Positions 1 through 7,949 of a DNA stretch of 64,000 nt are shown in pieces. The notes under the pieces are model-generated. The model was not told the origin of the DNA. It made no database searches and saw only the letters and a program-made list of their open reading frames with translations. The stretch covers positions 1 to 64,000 of IMG/VR virus record IMGVR_UViG_2585428000_000009, one strand, 5' to 3'. A program made the translations under genes and the position numbers. Each line of letters opens with the position of its first letter. Position 1 is the stretch's first letter. This DNA comes from a virus. Lineage: Duplodnaviria > Caudoviricetes.

Positions 1-60
1 ATGCCCAACCCCGAAACGGGTAGCACAAAGCCCGGCCAGAGTTTCTATCCAAAGAATGCC

Positions 61-291
61 ATGGAAAAGAAGTACGAGCGCTGGATGAGTACTGATGAGG
101 TTTCCGAGCGGCTGAAGATTCCACCCAAGACGCTAGCGAACTGGGCTTCCTTGGGGAAGGGTCCACGTTTCGCGAGAATCGGCCGCTTTCGCCGGTACAG
201 GCTGAGCGACTTGATCGCTTGGGAAGAGGCTCTGCCGACCCGAGGCGGCAACCTGCAGGAACCGAATGGCGACTACCGCAAGGCCGCCTGA
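61..291 (+). CDS. Excisionase-like winged-HTH DNA-binding protein (alternative starts at 1 or 85)
   Basis: MSTDEVSERLKIPPKTLANWASLGKGPRFARIGRFRRYRLSDLIAW is a typical MerR/AlpA-type xis pattern; directly upstream of the integrase. Confidence 0.85.
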   Translation: MEKKYERWMSTDEVSERLKIPPKTLANWASLGKGPRFARIGRFRRYRLSDLIAWEEALPTRGGNLQEPNGDYRKAA

Positions 292-326
292 ATACGAGAC
301 CGCCAGCCCGCGGAAGGAGAATAGAC

Positions 327-1643
327 ATGGCCCAGGTCTCGTTGGAACCCGGAGCTTTGCCTCCGAAGGATAAACTCAATCCTGTCAAAGGCAAAGATGG
401 ATTATGGCGACTCACTCGGATTAGACATCGCTCCCATAGCGGCGAATACGTGAAGACCAGCGCTGTCGGACGAACTCGCCGAGAATGTCTGGACGAGTGG
501 GAGCAGGCGTTCAAGAGGAATGTTCATAAGGGTTCGAAGCGCAAGCGCACGAGCAAACGGCGACAGTTTAGCGCCACTGACAAAATGGGCGAAGTGTTCG
601 CCGAGCTCGATGCCCAGTACAAGGCCAGGGTGGATGCAGGCAAGATGTCCCAGGATACGTACAACAATTATCGATGCTATATCTATCCACCAGCGAAGAA
701 CGCGAAGCGTAGCAAAAATCCCGATTAGTTCAAACTCGATACAGAGATGGGCAGCCTCAGCATCGCCGAAGTCGCTGATGCCGCTTGGATCGCCGATTAC
801 TTGGACGAGGTCGCCGACAGTGCGCCCAGCGTTGCCTATCATCAGCACCGCCAGTTGTGCTCCGCTTTCAAGATCGCGGTACTGGGCAAAGGCATAGAGG
901 CCAGCGCCAACCCGATGCCCTATGTACCTCGACCGAGTATGGATGATGCGACGCCTCGACCGCTCAGTCCCGAAGAGCAACGAGGCGTGCTGGAGCGCAT
1001 CGATACATGGCTGAGGGATGGACGTGGCGAGGCCCGATATCTGCGAACGCTCTACCTGCTATTGCTGGGTACCGGCATGCGGCCCGGCGAAGGACTGGCG
1101 CTTCGTTGGTGCGACATTGCCGAAGAGCAGTTCGACGGGACTACTCGGTCAGTGCTGTACGTCGGAGCCACGATCAGGTGCAAGTCCGAAACCGGCCCGT
1201 ACCGGAACCCGCACCGCAAGAGCGGGAACGAATACAGAGTGATACTTCCCGATTGGCTGGCGGACGAACTGGCGAAGGAGAAGGCGCACGCCTCTCCCGC
1301 CTCGGAATATCTGCCTGTCCTACAGGGCCCGCGGAGTACGACTGGATCATGGGTCAGCGTGTCCAACGCTCGCATCTCCGTCTACGCAATGCGGAGGGGA
1401 AGTCAGTTCGCCACGTTCCGACTTTCGGACCTGCGCGACACAGTGGCCACTCACGTCGCCACGGTCACTGGGGATGACGAGCGGGCCAGCGCCCAGCTCG
1501 GACACCTGGACGGCAACAAGTCGATGGCGCAACGTCACTACATTCACCAGGGCATTCGACGCATGGTGGCGGTCGACAACGCGGACGTCCTGGAACTGCT
1601 GAACCCGTTCAAAATGGCACCAAAGTGGCACACCGGGGCCTAG
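327..1643 (+). pseudogene. Tyrosine integrase interrupted by an in-frame amber stop (726-728)
   Basis: ORF 327-728 (RBS GGAAGGAGA) and ORF 747-1643 share one frame, separated only by TAG plus 6 sense codons; catalytic motifs TGMRPGE, SDLR (HxxR variant), QLGH, RHY. Confidence 0.75.
747..1643 (+). CDS. Tyrosine recombinase core-binding plus catalytic portion (C-terminal ORF)
   Basis: LLLLGTGMRPGEGLALRWCDI, LR..VAT, QLGH, terminal Tyr in QRHYI. Confidence 0.75.
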   Translation: MGSLSIAEVADAAWIADYLDEVADSAPSVAYHQHRQLCSAFKIAVLGKGIEASANPMPYVPRPSMDDATPRPLSPEEQRGVLERIDTWLRDGRGEARYLRTLYLLLLGTGMRPGEGLALRWCDIAEEQFDGTTRSVLYVGATIRCKSETGPYRNPHRKSGNEYRVILPDWLADELAKEKAHASPASEYLPVLQGPRSTTGSWVSVSNARISVYAMRRGSQFATFRLSDLRDTVATHVATVTGDDERASAQLGHLDGNKSMAQRHYIHQGIRRMVAVDNADVLELLNPFKMAPKWHTGA

Positions 1644-1845
1644 TTCAGCAGCTCACAACCCGCTGACCAGCGGAAACGGTCAATCCTTCTTCATCATCTC
1701 GTAGATGTACCGGAACCGGCCTGAGCAGCGGCGATGCGAACAAGAATCCCGCTGAGCTGGAACTATACGTTCACTGCATATCCCCCGTTCTAACGCGTTT
1801 TCCCGCCACTTCCCCGAGATTCGAGTGTCATCGTGACACTCAACT
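1610..1845. other. Putative phage attachment site (attP-like)
   Basis: Tandem AAATGGCAC/AAGTGGCAC at the integrase 3' end, inverted GAGTGTCA-tcg-TGACACTC at 1823-1841, CTGACCAGCGG/CTGAGCAGCGG motifs flanking a gene-end-like core at 1680-1715. Confidence 0.5.
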
Positions 1846-1974
1846 TCTCACGCGAGAACCCGCAGGTTCCCGCCGTCACCACCCGATACCGCCTACAACC
1901 CGCAGACACAACACCCCTCCGAGGCACAACAGCAGCAAACACACAGCCACTCGCAGAGGCTACCCGGTTAGCGC

Positions 1975-1996
1975 TATAGTTCGAACCTATGTTCGA
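1975..1996 (+). promoter_or_regulatory. -10 hexamer TATAGT plus LexA (SOS) box TCGAAC-N4-GTTCGA
   Basis: TCGAACCTATGTTCGA at 1981-1996 is a perfect actinobacterial LexA consensus overlapping ATG 1989; TATAGT at 1975-1980. Confidence 0.85.
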
Positions 1997-2312
1997 CAAC
2001 GGCTCTACGGGCACACCCTCGATACGCCGCCATGTCGACCCGCCCCGCCCCGTCACCGTCGACATCAGCAAAGCCCTCCCCTCCGGCGGCACCCGCTTCG
2101 CCGCCAACAGCCTGCCCCTCCACGTCCGCGCCGAAGGACTCGACCTCTCCGGGCTACGCCCCGGACTGCTCTACGCCTGGGCACGCACCACCACCGGCGG
2201 CTGGCTCGGCTTCGTCCAAGTCACCATCACCACCGGCAACGGCCGCGACAAACTCACCCTGCGCCAATGGTTCCCCGAATCCGCGCTCAGCCCCCGCCAG
2301 GACACCCCATGA
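1989..2312 (+). CDS. Hypothetical protein, probably SOS-inducible and leaderless
   Basis: 107-aa ORF with GC3-biased codons; start codon inside the SOS box. Confidence 0.75.
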   Translation: MFDNGSTGTPSIRRHVDPPRPVTVDISKALPSGGTRFAANSLPLHVRAEGLDLSGLRPGLLYAWARTTTGGWLGFVQVTITTGNGRDKLTLRQWFPESALSPRQDTP

Positions 2313-2617
2313 CCGTCCACCGCGCCGACGCCATCCTCGGACTCGTCATCGACATCATCGACGACAGCCACGGCACCTTCACCGCCCGCGAGATCACCCG
2401 CGCGACCCGACCCCTGATCGACCCGCCCCCGACCCTCGACGAGGTCGCCACGGTACTCGACATGCTCGCCCACCCCGACATCGCCGGAATCAGCGCACGA
2501 GGCGACGGCACTTTCGAACACGTCCCCGGCGTCGACATCGTCGAACTGCTCTGGCAAACGCTCAACGACGACGAGGACAGCTACCGGTTCCTCGCTGAGG
2601 TAGACGACCGCTACTAG
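2309..2617 (+). CDS. Hypothetical acidic protein
   Basis: ATGA overlap with the upstream stop; coding-like codon bias. Confidence 0.7.
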   Translation: MTVHRADAILGLVIDIIDDSHGTFTAREITRATRPLIDPPPTLDEVATVLDMLAHPDIAGISARGDGTFEHVPGVDIVELLWQTLNDDEDSYRFLAEVDDRY

Positions 2618-2749
2618 CCGGTCGAGCACCGTGGCTCAACCCTATTGCGAGCAGCCGCATTGAAGCACGCGAGAAGGGGCCTACGGGTAGGCTGCCGTAC
2701 CCAAAGGGGCAGAGTTCTGCATGACTTCCATCGAAGGAAGCGAAACGCA

Positions 2750-3847
2750 ATGGACGGCGATCAGATCCGTTCCGCACGGAAAGCTCGCGGCTGGTCTCAA
2801 ACCGCACTCATGGGGGCACTGCGTACCCTCGCTGTGCGGAAAAACGTCACGCTCATGGGTCCCGATAGCCTGCGGGTCGCGTTGAGCCGGTGGGAGAACA
2901 ATCACACGACACCTGACTCCCCCTACCGCGAGTTGCTGTGCGAAGTCCTGGAGCTGACCACCGAGGACTCGCAACCGGTAGTCGAATTCGACCAGCCGAC
3001 TGACGGCTCGCTGTTCGCGCTTCTCGCTCACCACACCGACAGCCTGCGCCTGCTGGACCGCAAGCTGGGCGCCCCGGCGGTTCGTGCCCAAACCTCCAGC
3101 CACGTCGCCGCCCTTGAAGATCTGTGGCGTCGCAGCGTCGGCGCGGACCGGGCCGATGTCGCGCGAGCACAAGCCGACACTGCCGCCCTCGCGGGATGGC
3201 AGGACTTCGATTGCGGCGACACACACAACGCCGCGAAGCACTACGCACTCGCACGAACATCAGCGTCACGGTGCGGCGATGCGACACTCCTTGCCCACGC
3301 TATGGGCGAACAAGCCGCTATCCTCGCCGAAATCGGCAGGGCCGATACAGCATTCACCGAGGTGATCCGCGCGGAGAAGCTTCCGGCGCTGCCACCGCTG
3401 CTGCGATCCTGGCTCGCAGCCACACGTGCCCAGGTGGCTACTTACCTGCCCGATGGAGCCGCAATCGCCCACTCCGCACTGCACGCAGCCGAGACCGCCC
3501 TCGCCCACGTCCAATGCGGCGATGACGCCTCCCTGCCGTATCTTGCCCTCGATCCGGTTCACCTCGAACGATGGAAAGGACATATTCTCGTTCGCCTCCA
3601 AGATCCCGCCGCAGCACGGATCACAGAGCAGGCCATGCAGGCATTGCCCGGCGACTTCGTCCGCGCAGGATCAGCGCAACTGCTCGACCTCGCCGAAGCA
3701 GCAGCGACGAGGCGAGAACTCGACGAAGCAACAGCGCTGCTCGAGCAGGCCGATGCCCGGATCAGCGTCGTGAAGTCAGCCCGCCTCAAAAGGCGTCACA
3801 CACTCTTGTCCCGGCGAGTCGAACTCGCGACCGCGCGCCAACTGTAG
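2750..3847 (+). CDS. XRE-family HTH regulator with a long helical (TPR-like) C-terminal domain
   Basis: IRSARKARGWSQ...LSRWENNHTTPD HTH; LRLLDRKLGA and ALAGWQDFD.G...A..HY..A repeats typical of actinomycete XRE-TPR regulators. Confidence 0.85.
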   Translation: MDGDQIRSARKARGWSQTALMGALRTLAVRKNVTLMGPDSLRVALSRWENNHTTPDSPYRELLCEVLELTTEDSQPVVEFDQPTDGSLFALLAHHTDSLRLLDRKLGAPAVRAQTSSHVAALEDLWRRSVGADRADVARAQADTAALAGWQDFDCGDTHNAAKHYALARTSASRCGDATLLAHAMGEQAAILAEIGRADTAFTEVIRAEKLPALPPLLRSWLAATRAQVATYLPDGAAIAHSALHAAETALAHVQCGDDASLPYLALDPVHLERWKGHILVRLQDPAAARITEQAMQALPGDFVRAGSAQLLDLAEAAATRRELDEATALLEQADARISVVKSARLKRRHTLLSRRVELATARQL

Positions 3848-4372
3848 GGCAGCGAGCATTCCCACAGCCGTACCGGCACCCATCAACTCGCCTCGCGCTA
3901 GAAGGTCCACGGCCTCGTAGACGGGCACCCACACGAGCCGTCCGGCTTCCTCCGCGTCGGTCGGCGTGTTCACTTGGCGTGGGTGGTCGGCGATGAAGAC
4001 GTAGTGCTTGCTCTGAACAAGCCCCGGCATCGGCTCCAGCTCAGCCACGAGAATGAACGTCTCCGCTTCGAAACCGGTCTCCTCGAGCAGTTCCCGTCGT
4101 GCGCATGCCTCGGGGTCTTCCTCCGGGTCGACGATGCCGCCGGGAGACTCCCAACCGACCTGATCAATGATCCAGCGGTGACGCCGCACCAGCAGTACAC
4201 GCTCATGGTCGTCGATCAGCATCACGGTAGCGACGGTGTTGAGTTGCACTGAGTGGTGCGACCGCGTCATGCCGTCGGGGGCCGTGATGCTGTGGCGTTT
4301 GACGTGCAGCCACGGGCTGCCGTCGTAGACCGTCCGCTCGTCGTGAACGTGCGTACGCGGCGGTTCGAGCAT
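3776..4372 (-). CDS. Nudix hydrolase (ADP-ribose pyrophosphatase-like)
   Basis: Nudix box WESPGGIVDPEEDPEACARRELLEETGF. Confidence 0.92.
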   Translation of the reverse strand: MLEPPRTHVHDERTVYDGSPWLHVKRHSITAPDGMTRSHHSVQLNTVATVMLIDDHERVLLVRRHRWIIDQVGWESPGGIVDPEEDPEACARRELLEETGFEAETFILVAELEPMPGLVQSKHYVFIADHPRQVNTPTDAEEAGRLVWVPVYEAVDLLARGELMGAGTAVGMLAALQLARGREFDSPGQECVTPFEAG

Positions 4373-4447
4373 GCTTCTCACGGTACAGGCGATCTTGCTA
4401 CGGGTTGCTACGTTCCGCCCGGTGCCGCGGCCGTCGACGCTGACTGC

Positions 4448-4900
4448 ATGTCATGCGCACTCGACGACCCGGGATCGAGCCCGGATTGGTGCACCGCCTA
4501 TAGGCGCTGCGGTCTGCCCGCCACGGTGCGAGATGGGCTCGTCGAAGTGATCACCGACGACTGGACGTCTGTCCTGGTACTGCCGGATCGGCTAGCACGG
4601 AGAGTGTTCGAGACAACAGCCACCGGGCCGGTGCTGGTACGGCCCCGAAACGGGGTGCTGCCTCCGCGTTGGCGGTTCTTCACCTGGATTGACAAAGACC
4701 CTAGCTACGAAGTCGTATACCGGCTGATTCGCGTCGGCGGGTTCATCGCCGACCGTGGCACGCCGATTGTCCTGCCAACCAACTTGCGTTCGCGCATCTA
4801 CTGGGCACGTCTGCCCGAACATGACCTTCCCGCGCTGTCGGCGCTGATCGCGACCGCCTTGGACGCGGCGACACGCCCCTCCGGTGACACCGAGAGGTGA
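4448..4900 (+). CDS. Hypothetical protein (Nocardia-type, primase-polymerase-fragment-like)
   Basis: YRR.CGLPA...GPV.....RW.F....IVLP......W pattern recalled from proteins found next to DUF4254 genes. Confidence 0.6.
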   Translation: MSCALDDPGSSPDWCTAYRRCGLPATVRDGLVEVITDDWTSVLVLPDRLARRVFETTATGPVLVRPRNGVLPPRWRFFTWIDKDPSYEVVYRLIRVGGFIADRGTPIVLPTNLRSRIYWARLPEHDLPALSALIATALDAATRPSGDTER

Positions 4901-4906
4901 CCGGTC

Positions 4907-5368
4907 ATGCGATGCGAACCGCCTTCTCTGCCGACGCAGCATGAACTTCTGCTGGCCCTCTATGGGACGCCGGTCGACGACGAACCGTTGTGCTGGCACG
5001 CCCTTGAACTGAGGAAGCTCCATGCGCGACGACGGCGTGAATCAGATGGAGCCCGCGAATTCGACCACCAGCGCGCGGAACTCAGGGCATCAGTGGACCA
5101 GTGGGCAGCCACCCACCTGCCGCCACTGCCGCCCAGCGGTGCGGGCGAGTCGTTGGGCGTATTCATCGACCGCCTGTCCGAGGCCGCCGCCAATGCCTTC
5201 CATTTGCTGATGACCGAGGACCCCGGCAGCGACACCGTGCACGCCGCCTGGACGCGTCTCGCCGAACTCGAAAACGCCTACAGCGACCTCACCGACGACC
5301 TCGCCCGCGGCTGGCGCCGACTCCCCCACACCGAATGCGACACCACCGAAAGGAGCCTCACCGAATGA
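4907..5368 (+). CDS. DUF4254-like helical protein
   Basis: LPT..ELL, R.EL...VD.W, ESLG..IDRL, LAELE.AY.DL motifs. Confidence 0.7.
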   Translation: MRCEPPSLPTQHELLLALYGTPVDDEPLCWHALELRKLHARRRRESDGAREFDHQRAELRASVDQWAATHLPPLPPSGAGESLGVFIDRLSEAAANAFHLLMTEDPGSDTVHAAWTRLAELENAYSDLTDDLARGWRRLPHTECDTTERSLTE

Positions 5369-5607
5369 CCAACGAGGACAACACCTCCGAGATCTCGACA
5401 CCCACCCCGGCACTGCAAGCCCTGTTCCAGGCAGCCGTCGAACTCGCCGCCGCCGCAGGCACCCACCAGGTCGGCCCTGAACACCTGTTCCTCGTCTGGC
5501 ACAACAACCCCGGCGTCTTCCCGGCAGAACCACTGCGCGCCATGGGATTCGACCCCGTCGCCATCCTCGAACACCTCACCACAGCCGTCTCCGATATGAC
5601 GCCCTGA
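5365..5607 (+). CDS. Stand-alone Clp N-terminal repeat domain protein
   Basis: A.ELA...G...VGPEHLFL...L..MG.D Clp_N signature; RBS GAAAGGAG. Confidence 0.75.
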   Translation: MTNEDNTSEISTPTPALQALFQAAVELAAAAGTHQVGPEHLFLVWHNNPGVFPAEPLRAMGFDPVAILEHLTTAVSDMTP

Positions 5608-5647
5608 CCACTACGCCGAGCCACGCCTCCTCCAGAAAGGCAAAGAA

Positions 5648-6934
5648 ATGTCTCTTACCACCGACGAACAGTTCCTCACAGCGTGCTCCACCGAGAACAT
5701 CGACCCCCACGACGCCGAACAACGCATACGCACTGGAACGCTCGTCTTCCCCCGATGCTCAACCAGCCGCCACAGCAGCGCCTTCACACCCATCCTGATC
5801 GGGTCCGGCACCCGCGCGAAAGTCACCGCATTGATCGGGCTGGGACCCCGCGACACCGACCGGGACGCGATCACACAGACAACGAACGTCATCCTCGCTG
5901 CCCGTCCCGACGCGATCATGGACCTCACCACCAATCCGGCCGGGATCGCATTGCGCCGCGAGCTCAAAGACATCGTCAACGTCCCCCTGGCCGCATGCCT
6001 CACCTACGACCTGTTCACGAACCCCCGTAAAAGGCTGTCGCGCAATGAATTTCTCGACCGATTCGAGAACGGTCTCGCTGGCGGCCTACTCGACTTCGTC
6101 CTCATCCACATCGGCATGACACCTGCCCTCGCCGACCGCATGGCGCGCTCCGACCGTGTCATGCCGACCACGTCACGAGGCGGCGGCCTCATCGCCCGCT
6201 ACATGCGGCTCCACCACTGCGAAAACCCGCTGATCGAATACCTCGACGGCATCATCGACATCTGCCGCCGCACCGGCGTAACCCTCGACCTCGGAGACAT
6301 CTTCCGACCCGGCTGCGCCCACGACGCCGGCGACGATCTGAAATGGGCCGAAATCCAGCTGCAAGCCGAACTGCGCAAAGAACTCCTGCGCGGCGGCGTG
6401 CAGGTGCTGTGCGAGACCGGCGGACACATGCCCCTGCACCGCATCCCAGAACTCATCCCCGCCTACAAGGCAGCGTTGGGCGGTGCGCCTCTGTGGCTGG
6501 CCGGGCCGATGGTGATCGACAACGCCGTCACCCTCGACGACACCGTCAACACACTCGGCATCCTCACCGCCGGACAACACGGCGGCGACATGTTCGCCTC
6601 CATCACCCACAACGAGCACTACGCCATGCCCACCGCAGCCGATACCGCCACGGCCCTGCGGATGGCACGCGTCGCGATCACCGCCCTCGAGGTCGCCCGC
6701 GGAAACGACTCCGAGACCGCCCAGCAACACCGCATGAGCGTCGCCCGCCGCGCCAACGCCTGGACCGTCCAAGCCGACGAAGCCCTGTACCCCGACCTCG
6801 CCAACCAGGTGTTCATCCAACACGGCCTCAAAGAAGGAGCCCCCTGCACCATCTGCGGCCAATTCTGCCCCCACGTGATCACACCCAAGAAAGCCTCGAT
6901 CAACACGGAGACCGCCGATGCCCACGAACACTGA
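5648..6934 (+). CDS. Divergent ThiC/BzaABF-family radical SAM enzyme (phosphomethylpyrimidine synthase-like)
   Basis: D.IMDL, DF..IH.G, SRGG, ENPL, LGD..RPG, VQV..E..GH.P, GP...D, EH..MP and C-terminal CTICGQFC Fe-S motif. Confidence 0.88.
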   Translation: MSLTTDEQFLTACSTENIDPHDAEQRIRTGTLVFPRCSTSRHSSAFTPILIGSGTRAKVTALIGLGPRDTDRDAITQTTNVILAARPDAIMDLTTNPAGIALRRELKDIVNVPLAACLTYDLFTNPRKRLSRNEFLDRFENGLAGGLLDFVLIHIGMTPALADRMARSDRVMPTTSRGGGLIARYMRLHHCENPLIEYLDGIIDICRRTGVTLDLGDIFRPGCAHDAGDDLKWAEIQLQAELRKELLRGGVQVLCETGGHMPLHRIPELIPAYKAALGGAPLWLAGPMVIDNAVTLDDTVNTLGILTAGQHGGDMFASITHNEHYAMPTAADTATALRMARVAITALEVARGNDSETAQQHRMSVARRANAWTVQADEALYPDLANQVFIQHGLKEGAPCTICGQFCPHVITPKKASINTETADAHEH

Positions 6935-7949
6935 CGCCCTGGCCCGCCGCATCACCCGATGCCACCCACAAACCGCCGCCGTCGCCCAGATCGGACGTCG
7001 CGTCGCCGACGAACTGCTCAACCTTGGGGCGATGGTCCCCGCCGACGACTGGCTGATCATCGGCGGATCACTGGCGCGCGGAGAACCGACCTTCATCCCC
7101 CACGGCGGCGACCTGATCCTCGGCAGCGATATCGACTGCATGTACGTGCACTACGGCGACGAACCATCGATGCCTGTCGCCGACCTCGTCACCGTCGCCG
7201 AGAAGACATTCCCGCACGTCGACATGATGACCATGCCGCTCGCCGATTACCGCGCGCTGGGCACACTGCTCGGATTCGATGTGAAGAACATTGGGCTGTC
7301 CGTCACCGACCGCGGGCTTCCCCCACACGACAGCGTCCAGCTCGAGTTGCCCCGCGACGCCTACGAGAACCTGCTCTACTACACGCAAGCTTGGTTCTGG
7401 TCACGATGCACACAGCGCTGGCTCACCGGCCCTGATGCCGACTTCCACCGCACCGTCAGTCGGCTGTGCGTGAAAATCCTGCGCTCGACAGCCATGCTCG
7501 ACGGTGCGTACTGTCACCACGACCTGCACAAGATGCCGACGAACGTGGCCGAACGGATGCGCAGCGAACTCGCGTGGCGTGCCAACCCAACCCAGCCGCC
7601 CATGAACCCAGGCCGATTCTGGTCCTACCTCGCCGACGCCTTCGACCGATTCGACACCGCCTACGGCTGCGTCCACACCGACGCCATCACCGGCACCCGA
7701 TACTCACGCAGCCTCCACGGCCACATCATCGCTGGCCACCACCAACGCGTCCACCGACTCGCCCGACACCTCGCCTACACCTGGCTGGCCTCACCGGACC
7801 CTCACCAGTTGGCTAATGTCATGCGTCAAGTGTGGGACTCGGTCACCGGCTGGACCGGGACCATCCCGCACGAAGGGCCGGAAGACTACTTCGCAGCCCA
7901 CCAGCGTGAGATCCACGACCATCTACTCGAGATGAAAGTGCGCACATGA
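6918..7949 (+). CDS. Putative Pol-beta-superfamily nucleotidyltransferase
   Basis: LIIGGSLARGE...SDID...VD motif followed by a helical domain; overlaps both neighbours. Confidence 0.7.
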   Translation: MPTNTDALARRITRCHPQTAAVAQIGRRVADELLNLGAMVPADDWLIIGGSLARGEPTFIPHGGDLILGSDIDCMYVHYGDEPSMPVADLVTVAEKTFPHVDMMTMPLADYRALGTLLGFDVKNIGLSVTDRGLPPHDSVQLELPRDAYENLLYYTQAWFWSRCTQRWLTGPDADFHRTVSRLCVKILRSTAMLDGAYCHHDLHKMPTNVAERMRSELAWRANPTQPPMNPGRFWSYLADAFDRFDTAYGCVHTDAITGTRYSRSLHGHIIAGHHQRVHRLARHLAYTWLASPDPHQLANVMRQVWDSVTGWTGTIPHEGPEDYFAAHQREIHDHLLEMKVRT

